Virus record (IMG/VR): IMGVR_UViG_3300021376_000006
From: a virus
Lineage: Duplodnaviria; Caudoviricetes
Strand: one strand, 5' to 3'
Length of the DNA: 64,000 bases
The notes under the pieces were generated by a model, which was not told the DNA's origin, made no database searches, and saw only the letters and a list, made by a program, of their open reading frames with translations. This document shows, piece after piece, positions 56,394 through 64,000 of this stretch (its first letter is position 1; each line of letters starts with the position of its first letter). The translations under genes and the position numbers were made by a program.

Positions 56394-56611
56394 TGTACAC
56401 GATCCTTTTTAGCGTACCAATTCATCTTGGGCCATTTTCCACGTTGGGCACGATCAAACTCACCCCAGGGAGTTTTTTCATTGTATAGGTGTCTTTCATC
56501 ATACGGATATCCGTATGTGACACAAAATTCACGATATTTTTCAAGGTCGTCAAAAATTTGACTGACTTCAGGTTTCATAGTCAGGTATTTCTTGAGCCAT
56601 TTAGCGGCCAT
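56390..56611 (-). CDS. Hypothetical protein
   Basis: 73 aa, AAGGAG Shine-Dalgarno. Confidence 0.6.
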   Translation of the reverse strand: MAAKWLKKYLTMKPEVSQIFDDLEKYREFCVTYGYPYDERHLYNEKTPWGEFDRAQRGKWPKMNWYAKKDRVQ

Positions 56612-56621
56612 GTTTATCTCC

Positions 56622-57071
56622 TTAGATTTTTATTGAAAGAGAAGGTTGATGAGTTGCATAAGTTATGGAGCAGCCGTTTTCGTTGTCTTCGCTTACACTG
56701 ATTGTAACATTGCGTTCGGGATACCTGTTAGCGATTTGAACATATAAATCATCTGCAATCATTTCACAACTTTTGTGATCTAATTGCAATACAGCTTGGT
56801 CGCCCGAATACAATTGTTCGATCCAGCGTTTGAACTGGATGAATTCGATGTCTCTGTCATTGTGAAATACATCAATACTAATCCTAAAATGAAATATATG
56901 GCGATGAGGATGGCCAAGGAACGAAACGTCATATTTGTCTCCGGTTGCGAGTAGTGGATCGGTCAGTGCTGCTGGATATTGATGGATACCTTCTCGAGAA
57001 AAAGTAACCCAAATCTGTCTTTGAGCGTGGTGTAAAATTCTATCAACTGTTTCTCTTTGTGATTGGATCAT
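56622..57071 (-). CDS. Second QueD-like T-fold protein (DpdL-like candidate CDG decarboxylase)
   Basis: FLGHPHRHIFHF His cluster, HNDRDIEF, SCEMIA, VSEDNENG..ITY. Confidence 0.6.
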   Translation of the reverse strand: MIQSQRETVDRILHHAQRQIWVTFSREGIHQYPAALTDPLLATGDKYDVSFLGHPHRHIFHFRISIDVFHNDRDIEFIQFKRWIEQLYSGDQAVLQLDHKSCEMIADDLYVQIANRYPERNVTISVSEDNENGCSITYATHQPSLSIKI

Positions 57072-57664
57072 AATAAATTCAAGTTGTCAAAAGTTATTGT
57101 TTTAGTATAAATTCCAAATTGCAAATAGTCAATCAATTTGATTATCAAATCTGCGATTTGTGCGGTACTTTGTAATAGTTTATCTTTAGGTAATATACCG
57201 TTCAATGAATGTATAAAATTGGTGTCTAATAGAGCCGGATTAATTTCAATTATTTTTAATTGAGAATCAATTTGACGATGTATATCTATCATGTTTTTTT
57301 GTTTTCTTTTTTCTTCTATGTACTTTTTTTCTTTGGGATTGAAGTTTACGTAAAATGATTCAGGTTTGTCTACCAAGAAACTTCCTATGTGAATTATCAA
57401 TTTGTTTGGATCATATCGCCATACTTTTAAAATATATTTAAGAAGCATGGTTTGCCCAAACGCATCGTATGCGTTGTTAATAAAAACATCTGCCGATCGA
57501 CTTAATTGTAATATTTTTGCTATGGTACTAAGTTTACTAATGTCGTACCCATCAATGATATCATATCCTACAACTTGATTTTGACCAAAATTCTTATAAT
57601 ATTGTAGTCTGAGACAAAGAGCTTGCCCTAAGCCAGATTTATGGCCAGTTATAACCAATTTCAT
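57068..57664 (-). CDS. Short-chain dehydrogenase/reductase
   Basis: VITGHKSGLG, DVFINNA, YIEEK (YxxxK). AT-rich. Confidence 0.7.
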   Translation of the reverse strand: MKLVITGHKSGLGQALCLRLQYYKNFGQNQVVGYDIIDGYDISKLSTIAKILQLSRSADVFINNAYDAFGQTMLLKYILKVWRYDPNKLIIHIGSFLVDKPESFYVNFNPKEKKYIEEKRKQKNMIDIHRQIDSQLKIIEINPALLDTNFIHSLNGILPKDKLLQSTAQIADLIIKLIDYLQFGIYTKTITFDNLNLL

Positions 57665-58194
57665 TTAATTACTTCGTCTTTGGTATACTGTGACCAATCA
57701 GTAAATACACCGTCTCTACGCATCAGGCTGTGTACACTATGGCACCACACCCCAGGATTAGAATGTGCAAAATTAGTATCATCGATTTTTATTGTTGCAT
57801 TATATCCAAGCTGTTGTATATAGGGCAATTTAACCGATATCATTGGAATAAACTTTTGATATTCAACAAGAGTAGATTCTAGCAATCCTTCTACTTCTCT
57901 CACATCTATATCCAAAGTACACCAATAACCACGTCCTATAAAAGGCATGATCATATTTTCCCATCGTGTCCAATCTTGACTTGTAGCGCGACCTGTTGGA
58001 AAACTTTGGTTAGCACCAAAATATATGTGTTCAATTTTTTTGTTTACTTGGGTGAAAGGATCATTTAGTATCTGTTCAATGTCTTCAGTAGATTTCACTC
58101 CTGCTACAAAAAGAGTTTTCAAGCCATATGCTGGACTATGTTCTACTTCAGTGCCTAAAAACATAGTAACATCATTGTGTCCAGGTCTGTCCAT
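57661..58194 (-). CDS. Hypothetical protein in the deazaguanine locus
   Basis: 177 aa; HIYFGANQSF and WCTLD motifs; no family recognised. Confidence 0.6.
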   Translation of the reverse strand: MDRPGHNDVTMFLGTEVEHSPAYGLKTLFVAGVKSTEDIEQILNDPFTQVNKKIEHIYFGANQSFPTGRATSQDWTRWENMIMPFIGRGYWCTLDIDVREVEGLLESTLVEYQKFIPMISVKLPYIQQLGYNATIKIDDTNFAHSNPGVWCHSVHSLMRRDGVFTDWSQYTKDEVIK

Positions 58195-58406
58195 TATTCA
58201 TCACCATATCCTGTTCGTTGAGTATCTTCTTCCCACTGCAACTTGCTTAGTTTGCTGATTTCGTCTTTAATCAACAACTTTTTCTTTTTCAATTCAGCTA
58301 AATGCTCCACATCAACACCAGGATGATTTGTTTGCATTTCTGTTATTTGTTTGTCGAGTAATTTATGCATTTCTTCTAAATGATTGATTCTACTTTTATA
58401 GCTCAT
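58194..58406 (-). CDS. DUF465/YdcH-like small coiled-coil protein
   Basis: RINHLEEMHKLLDKQI...LKKKKLLIKDEI. Confidence 0.65.
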   Translation of the reverse strand: MSYKSRINHLEEMHKLLDKQITEMQTNHPGVDVEHLAELKKKKLLIKDEISKLSKLQWEEDTQRTGYGDE

Positions 58407-58407
58407 A

Positions 58408-59952
58408 TTATTCCTCCAAATGAGTTTGCATAATTGTTTCTGCTTCGTCCTCAGACATTTCGTCTTCAACTTCTTCTACTGTTTCAAAAAGTGCATTAAA
58501 CATGGTATGACTGTTCTTTGTTTTTTTGCCTTTGAATCCTCTTGTGCCAACGATGTCCATCCAATAACTATCGTAGCGTTCAACAATTGCTTCGGCACTT
58601 GCACGATCAGGTGCAGAGAAAACAGCTTCAACAATGTCTCTGAATCTAGCATGGTCACCATTGACATTCCACAGCATGCTAGGTCGTTCTCCTGCATCAT
58701 ACGCTCTATTCGCTCGCTGAACTGATTCAATATGCATCCAAACATTGTGCCCCATCATTAATGCGTAACTAAAACTATCCCAACTGGTTCGACCTTCCTT
58801 GCCATTTTTATTCAGGTCACCGGGTTGATATATACAAACATCTTTAATTAGCAAATGTTTACTTATTGGACTGTCCTCAAATTGTTCAAAGATACCATCT
58901 TGTAATACCGCATCTCGAAACAGTCTAGTGTCTGTGGCGTATTTCTTGTCATCGGCACTGGGCTTCATTTTGTACGACCATTTACTATCGTGTTCAAGAC
59001 TAATGGCATGATACATCTGTCCATTGGCAGTAGCAAGAAACGGACTGGCGCAATCAAAACTGATTGTAAATGCTGGATTGACATACTTACGAACGGCTCG
59101 TTGAATGTCAGTTAGTAACAACGCCCATTCTAGTTTACTTGTTCCTAGAAAGTGCATCCAATCATGTACACCTTCTTGCAGTAGATTATCATATCTCAAT
59201 GCAACTAATCTTTTAAGAACAAGATGAATATCACACATGTTCTGACCGCCCATAGCCCAGCCATCAAAATGTGTATCTGGATATATGGTAGGATCGCAGA
59301 ACTGTTTCATTTCTTGATACCATTCTTCTGCCGAAGTATGATTGTCACCTTGAAGAACGTTTAGGAACTTAGCACCACCGTTGTTCTTTCCTTGACGGTG
59401 TTGCATAAAGTAATTGTTGTTAAACTTGGTAGCATCAACTGCTTCTTGGAGAGTAGTAATGCCGCAGGCCTTGCTTGCTTTCTTGTCATGGATAACCCAA
59501 GTTGGAATATCAAGAATCATACCATAGTCAGCAATACCGTCTAGCCATTTTAACACAGCCGAACGTTTCTTTTCAGCTTTTGAACACCCGCTATTGGCTT
59601 TCCAATCACCTTCCCACAAGCCCTTGGCAATCTGAAATCCGCCGGAGTCACCTAACATAAAGGTTCCAGGTTCTCTCTTGCGAACCATGTCTTCACTGGC
59701 ATCCTCTTTAGTAAGATCTAGGTTTGCGTGTCCTCCGGAGTAGAGATTCCATCTGTAGGGGAACAGGGCTTGTTGGCTGTTCAGCCAATTGAATTGCTCC
59801 ATGTCCTGTAATGCCTGTGGCATACGAGCAGGATCAACATAGTCATTGTTAACACGTTGTTTTCCTATAAAAGTTGCATAGAATCCAGATATAGCAGGCA
59901 AGAACACTGCATAATCTGATTGCTTTGCTGTTAAATTATCTTGGTTCGTCAT
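58408..59952 (-). CDS. dpdA: TGT-superfamily guanine transglycosylase, probable DNA 7-deazaguanine inserting enzyme (DpdA-type)
   Basis: GDSGGFQ (TGT signature), MILDIP, LNVLQG, GWAMGG, HFLG, SFDCASP, HNVW; located with folE, queD and queE. Confidence 0.75.
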   Translation of the reverse strand: MTNQDNLTAKQSDYAVFLPAISGFYATFIGKQRVNNDYVDPARMPQALQDMEQFNWLNSQQALFPYRWNLYSGGHANLDLTKEDASEDMVRKREPGTFMLGDSGGFQIAKGLWEGDWKANSGCSKAEKKRSAVLKWLDGIADYGMILDIPTWVIHDKKASKACGITTLQEAVDATKFNNNYFMQHRQGKNNGGAKFLNVLQGDNHTSAEEWYQEMKQFCDPTIYPDTHFDGWAMGGQNMCDIHLVLKRLVALRYDNLLQEGVHDWMHFLGTSKLEWALLLTDIQRAVRKYVNPAFTISFDCASPFLATANGQMYHAISLEHDSKWSYKMKPSADDKKYATDTRLFRDAVLQDGIFEQFEDSPISKHLLIKDVCIYQPGDLNKNGKEGRTSWDSFSYALMMGHNVWMHIESVQRANRAYDAGERPSMLWNVNGDHARFRDIVEAVFSAPDRASAEAIVERYDSYWMDIVGTRGFKGKKTKNSHTMFNALFETVEEVEDEMSEDEAETIMQTHLEE

Positions 59953-60559
59953 AAAAATCAAGGTTACTTATAAATTTGTAGTCGTTGTGATATGTAATAA
60001 TAATTTTAGATTTTAATTTAGGATCGTTGTCGATACGTGATTTGATAAATTTTATAACCTGGGCGTTATCGTAATTTGATTCTGATCTGTTATCTTCAAT
60101 GTTATCAAGTGTATTTAGATCATAGCCCAAGTAATGATTTATTTGTTGCTTTAAATTTTTGTTAAATCTAAAATATACTGGATCGTAATTCAAAATTTGT
60201 TGTATATATTTTAACTGAAAGTCAGTATGATCATCAAACACGATTTGATCAAAGATTATTCTTTCGGCTAAATGGTTGTAATCAGAAACAAAGTGATCAC
60301 TGCCATAGCCTGATCCTAGCAGGCGTAAAGAAGCGTAAGTACCAAATCCACTCAGCCATCTTTCTACAGGATCTCTTATTACCACCAAGCAATTTTTAAT
60401 AGCAATTGGTTGATCAATGATATTCCAGTGTGACCAAGAATTGTATTTCAACAAATTAGTTAAATAGGTGCTTGCATTTTTTGGAATATTGAGATAAAAT
60501 ATTTCCCGGTCAGGGGACAACATACCTCCGCCGGGAACATATCCTGTGTCTTTGATCAC
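59936..60559 (-). CDS. Sulfotransferase-like protein
   Basis: FYLNIPKNAST (5'-PSB loop) and VVIRDPVERWLSG (3'-PB motif). AT-rich. Confidence 0.65.
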   Translation of the reverse strand: MIKDTGYVPGGGMLSPDREIFYLNIPKNASTYLTNLLKYNSWSHWNIIDQPIAIKNCLVVIRDPVERWLSGFGTYASLRLLGSGYGSDHFVSDYNHLAERIIFDQIVFDDHTDFQLKYIQQILNYDPVYFRFNKNLKQQINHYLGYDLNTLDNIEDNRSESNYDNAQVIKFIKSRIDNDPKLKSKIIITYHNDYKFISNLDFYDEPR

Positions 60560-61282
60560 TTATTTTTGTTGAGCTGGTAGAATATAGTTGTATTCAGCAA
60601 TGCCACTGTCGACAGTGATCATGGCTGCACCTTCGTCACTGAACTTGATAGTTTTGTCGCCTGACAAAGATAGGATACTAATTACGGCACTCACTGGCCA
60701 AGACCATGCTTTGGTCAACGATCCTTGAACACTGTGTTGAAACACAAAGTTACCACTGTGGCTGCTGTGATCACCAAAGTAGAAAACCAAGTTGCTGTTA
60801 TCGACCTTGGCAATAAATGTTGTTTCTTCGCTGTTGGCTTGAGCCTGGAACTTCATGCGTTGAATAGCTGCCACAGTGGGTTCAATATCCACTCCCCACT
60901 TGACACCTTTAAATTTTACAGTCTTTAATTTGTCATTGACAATAGCTGCAAGCATAAAACGATAATCGTTTTTGAAATCACCCGCATTGTTTTCAAAATG
61001 TACTCCATTTGGAATTCCATCATCTTTTTTCGTGATTGTTAATTTCGCATCATCTCTATACTCAGGGATATTCAATATAGTGTTTAGTTTGGCCAAGTTA
61101 GGCATACCAAATGTGCCAATGAATTCAGGAACTGGATTATGAAATTGTGCCTGCACAATTACTGTGCGTTCTTCGCTGACTGCTTCGATAATGGTCTGGC
61201 CATCTGACCCTGTAATTTTAACCAGATCAATAATGCCTAAACTGTGAGTATGTTGTACGATATCTTGTAAATAATCTTTCAT
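60560..61282 (-). CDS. Putative DNA polymerase sliding clamp / processivity factor
   Basis: 240 aa with a two-domain alpha/beta pattern ending YILPAQ; near polB; own promoter. The call rests mostly on size and context. Confidence 0.5.
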   Translation of the reverse strand: MKDYLQDIVQHTHSLGIIDLVKITGSDGQTIIEAVSEERTVIVQAQFHNPVPEFIGTFGMPNLAKLNTILNIPEYRDDAKLTITKKDDGIPNGVHFENNAGDFKNDYRFMLAAIVNDKLKTVKFKGVKWGVDIEPTVAAIQRMKFQAQANSEETTFIAKVDNSNLVFYFGDHSSHSGNFVFQHSVQGSLTKAWSWPVSAVISILSLSGDKTIKFSDEGAAMITVDSGIAEYNYILPAQQK

Positions 61283-61305
61283 GTTGAATCTCCAATAATG
61301 TTAAA

Positions 61306-61334
61306 ATTTTACTATTGATTTTTGCTAATGTCAA
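61306..61334 (-). promoter_or_regulatory. sigma70-type promoter
   Basis: TTGACA, 17 nt, TAAAAT; the -35 is half of the palindrome TGTCAATTGACA (61329-40); GGAG Shine-Dalgarno downstream. Confidence 0.7.
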
Positions 61335-62263
61335 TTGACAATCTGCTTTATTTCGGCCAAAGTTTGTCCAACTTTGATTGATTTGAGAATACCAGGTTTA
61401 TTTAATTCAATTATTGAGTAAGCTGGTTCGCAATTGTAAATAAATTTAGTTTCAAATCCGAGACTCTCAGCCAACGGTACCAAAATATTTTCTGGTACAT
61501 AAGTCATAAAATAATTTTCAGCATAAGCCGCAGCAGCTGGCAGGTCTGCATTATTGTAGGTAAAAATCATTGTGCCACCTGGTCTTAGCCATTCGAATGC
61601 CTGTAAAAGAAACTGCTTGATGCTGTCGACACTAAGATAATTAAAAAAATTATAACTAAAGATCAAACCAAATTGATTTTTTGGTAAATTGGCTATTTTA
61701 TAAAAATCTTTAATCAAGTACTTTCTGACTCTTCCTTGATACAGTTGAGGAAACTGTTGCACTGCACTTGTCAAAAATTCTGCAAATACATCGGCGATAT
61801 AAAGCGGGTCACTGGCCACGAGATATTTGGTCCATTCGCCATCTCTACAGCCAATTTCTAATGCTGGGTATTGCCAGTTACTATACAAATTGATTCGTTG
61901 AAGTAAAACTTGTTCAAATTCTTCGTCATTACGCAAATTTCTCATTTGCCTAATAGTGTCTGGATCAAGGTTTTTCAATTCAAATTGATAATTATCTGCA
62001 AAAAACTGCGTAGATAGTTGATTTATTTTTTGCTGAATATTGGTTAATATCTGTTGTAATTGATTTTGATCACGCTCTAAATAATTTTTAATTGATATGT
62101 GTTCTTCTGCAATACTGTTTATACTACTAGAAAGATCTTGATCGATATCTTCAGTCAATACAACAAGTCGCGAATAATTTTTTTCAAGCTCGTCAAACAA
62201 TGCTGAATATTGTAAAGCATTGGCCAGTTGATTTCTTAGTCTTACCAGTTCGTGCAATTTCAT
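61331..62263 (-). CDS. Class I SAM-dependent methyltransferase with N-terminal coiled coil
   Basis: ALEIGCRDG, LYIAD, FGLIFSYNFFNYL, LRPGGTMIF. Confidence 0.7.
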   Translation of the reverse strand: MKLHELVRLRNQLANALQYSALFDELEKNYSRLVVLTEDIDQDLSSSINSIAEEHISIKNYLERDQNQLQQILTNIQQKINQLSTQFFADNYQFELKNLDPDTIRQMRNLRNDEEFEQVLLQRINLYSNWQYPALEIGCRDGEWTKYLVASDPLYIADVFAEFLTSAVQQFPQLYQGRVRKYLIKDFYKIANLPKNQFGLIFSYNFFNYLSVDSIKQFLLQAFEWLRPGGTMIFTYNNADLPAAAAYAENYFMTYVPENILVPLAESLGFETKFIYNCEPAYSIIELNKPGILKSIKVGQTLAEIKQIVN

Positions 62264-62295
62264 TGAATAACATAAGTAATTTGTAACTGTACTAT

Positions 62296-63999
62296 TTATT
62301 CAAAGGTAAACAAGGTATCAAATGTTGTTTTGATATCAGTATAATTAGGTATATCCCATTCTAGTACTCCCAAGAGATTTTCTACCTTTTGATCCACAAT
62401 TGTGGCTTCCATAAGATTATCGTCAAATGGCAATTCTTTAAACCAAGCAGGAATATGACTTTCATCTGTGGGATAACCTACACTGGTGTATCCTAACGCA
62501 TTGTCTTTTAATTTGCAAACAATAGTTTTCATACCATCCACAATAGCCATGCTGTAATTGTCCCCGTGCATGCGCCGTAAGTTGTTCCAGTTAAGAGCAG
62601 CACGAACATGACCCGGCATATTGGCACGACCAAGTCGCTCTTCTTCTCGACCGTACTTGGTTAGATTATTGACACGTTTAGGTGTACCTTTTTCCCAAGC
62701 AGGTCTATCTTGGAACGCAATTTTGAATTCTCGTACACGGTCGTAGATTTCTTCCTTGTCTGCTCCAGTTAGTACCGCAGTCAACAGTTCACTCAAGAAG
62801 TCTTGTACAACCTTGGGAGTATCTGATCGTTTAAGATCAAGACCCATTGCTTTTACTTTACCGGGCTTGCCATGTGTGTCTAGTCTGTGCCCTTCTAGGT
62901 CATAGATAAGAACAGCATAGCGTTTTTTCTTTATGAATAGTCCCTTACTAGCGACAAGTTCTCGCCCCCCTCGTATTAGCTCACCCATTGGTCTTGGTAC
63001 ATGACAGGCCCTTTCCATAAAAGCCGGGAAGGAATCATTGACTTGATCTGCGATATTATCGTAAAGTTGGGCACAGATGTCTCGGTTCCATTCCATCCGA
63101 CCTGATTCAACTTCTTCTCTAACTGCAGGCCATGCTGTAAAATAGCATGAATCAGTGTCACCGTAGATGATGGATTTGCCCACATGGTTATATTCTCCGA
63201 ATATGCACTCATTGATATACGCATCCATGTGCCGCGCGATAATCCTTCCAGTGAGAGTAGTACTTTGACCAATTCTTTTATCGAAAAATCTACAACCTGG
63301 ATTGAGGATCGCTCCGTAGAGACTGTTAAGGTTAATTTTCTTGACAAGTTGTCGCTTGTCCCAGAACGCTTGGTCTTCTTTCGTATTAGCTTCTTTTTTC
63401 TTGGCTTGTAATTCCTTGCGTTCTGCATACCACCTCTCTAATAGTCCAGGCACAACTGCTTTTTGTTCATAACTGAATATAGTACCATTTGCACTTAGCA
63501 TCCATGGACGATTACTATCAAATATAAGTCTCCATATATCAGCTGCACTCATTATATCTGAACCGCCGGCTTCCCAATCAATGGTAATTTCTGTGCCAAC
63601 TTCTCCATTCATTACTGCGGTATACTCAAGACTGCCAAACATGTTTTCCCATGCATCTGCAAAACTACTGCCACCGGCCATTTTTTCTTGAATATACCTG
63701 TCGGTCATTATTGGCCGCAGCTGACCGACGATCGACTCTTGTGCCATGTTAAGAGCGCGGATTGCTGACGGGTAGAGACTGTTGATGTCGATTGCTCCGA
63801 TCCAGTCGTGCATGCCTTTTTTGGGGAAAGCAACATAGGCACCTGCTGCTTGCGTATCTCCTTGGTCATCTCTTCCTTTCCTATCAGGTACAACCATACC
63901 TCGTTGATGTGCTTCGTTGATAATTGCCTGCTCAGTCACTGCCACAGCACCCATGGTAGTTTGTAACAGCACGGTGTTATCATGTGCAAGTTCATTGGC
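62296..63999 (-). CDS. Family B DNA polymerase (C-terminal polymerase domain; 5' end outside the window)
   Basis: DINSLYPS (region II), KINLNSLYG (III), YGDTDS (I), KKKRYA; frame open to the window edge. Confidence 0.95.
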   Translation of the reverse strand, partial: ANELAHDNTVLLQTTMGAVAVTEQAIINEAHQRGMVVPDRKGRDDQGDTQAAGAYVAFPKKGMHDWIGAIDINSLYPSAIRALNMAQESIVGQLRPIMTDRYIQEKMAGGSSFADAWENMFGSLEYTAVMNGEVGTEITIDWEAGGSDIMSAADIWRLIFDSNRPWMLSANGTIFSYEQKAVVPGLLERWYAERKELQAKKKEANTKEDQAFWDKRQLVKKINLNSLYGAILNPGCRFFDKRIGQSTTLTGRIIARHMDAYINECIFGEYNHVGKSIIYGDTDSCYFTAWPAVREEVESGRMEWNRDICAQLYDNIADQVNDSFPAFMERACHVPRPMGELIRGGRELVASKGLFIKKKRYAVLIYDLEGHRLDTHGKPGKVKAMGLDLKRSDTPKVVQDFLSELLTAVLTGADKEEIYDRVREFKIAFQDRPAWEKGTPKRVNNLTKYGREEERLGRANMPGHVRAALNWNNLRRMHGDNYSMAIVDGMKTIVCKLKDNALGYTSVGYPTDESHIPAWFKELPFDDNLMEATIVDQKVENLLGVLEWDIPNYTDIKTTFDTLFTFE

Positions 64000-64000
64000 T

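Noticed and set aside
58408-59952. Ordinary tRNA-guanine transglycosylase for queuosine
   Set aside because: No C-terminal CxCxxC zinc motif of bacterial Tgt is seen, it is much longer, queC/queF/queA are absent, and it lies beside replication genes. DNA targeting is favoured but unproven.
1-64000. Stop-codon reassignment, as in some large phages
   Set aside because: Code 11 gives dense, full-length, coupled genes, and TAA, TAG and TGA are all used as stops.
1-64000. tRNA genes, CRISPR arrays, IS elements, diversity-generating retroelement
   Set aside because: Intergenic gaps are too short or lack cloverleaf or repeat-spacer structure; no transposase or reverse transcriptase motifs; no TR/VR pair near the fibre tips found by eye.

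Overview
This window is a 64-kb segment of a large, T4-like (Caudoviricetes) dsDNA phage genome, not a bacterial chromosome. Evidence: baseplate and tail-fibre genes, a family B DNA polymerase, a FEN-like RNase H, (T/C/A)ATAAATA late-promoter motifs and sigma70-type early promoters. Layout: (1) 1-10.4 kb, + strand: baseplate and tail-fibre module. (2) 10.5-31.8 kb, mostly + strand, with further members continuing on the - strand to 38.8 kb: a dense enzyme island. It holds four GT-A-like and three GT10-like glycosyltransferases, five radical SAM enzymes with an N-terminal Twitch-like Cys domain, seven of the window's eight SGNH-like proteins, a NodU/TobZ carbamoyltransferase, APS kinase, a nucleotidyltransferase, an NDP-sugar epimerase, a DegT aminotransferase and a methyltransferase, interleaved with dCMP deaminase, thyA and DHFR. 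(3) 38.8-49.6 kb, - strand: early genes (MoxR ATPase/vWA pair, small hypotheticals, RNase H). (4) 49.6-64 kb, - strand: a 7-deazaguanine DNA-modification locus (queE, queD, folE, a second QueD-like/DpdL-like protein, TGT/DpdA-like, no queC) mixed with a PRTase, GT4 glycosyltransferase, GalE, a short PLP enzyme, an SDR, a sulfotransferase, a clamp-like protein, a methyltransferase and a partial DNA polymerase B. Best candidates for new biology are the phage-encoded glycan-tailoring assembly line next to the tail genes and a QueC-less, possibly sugar-decorated 7-deazaguanine DNA modification. All family calls come from motifs read by eye; no database search was run. No tRNA, rRNA, CRISPR array or IS element could be supported.
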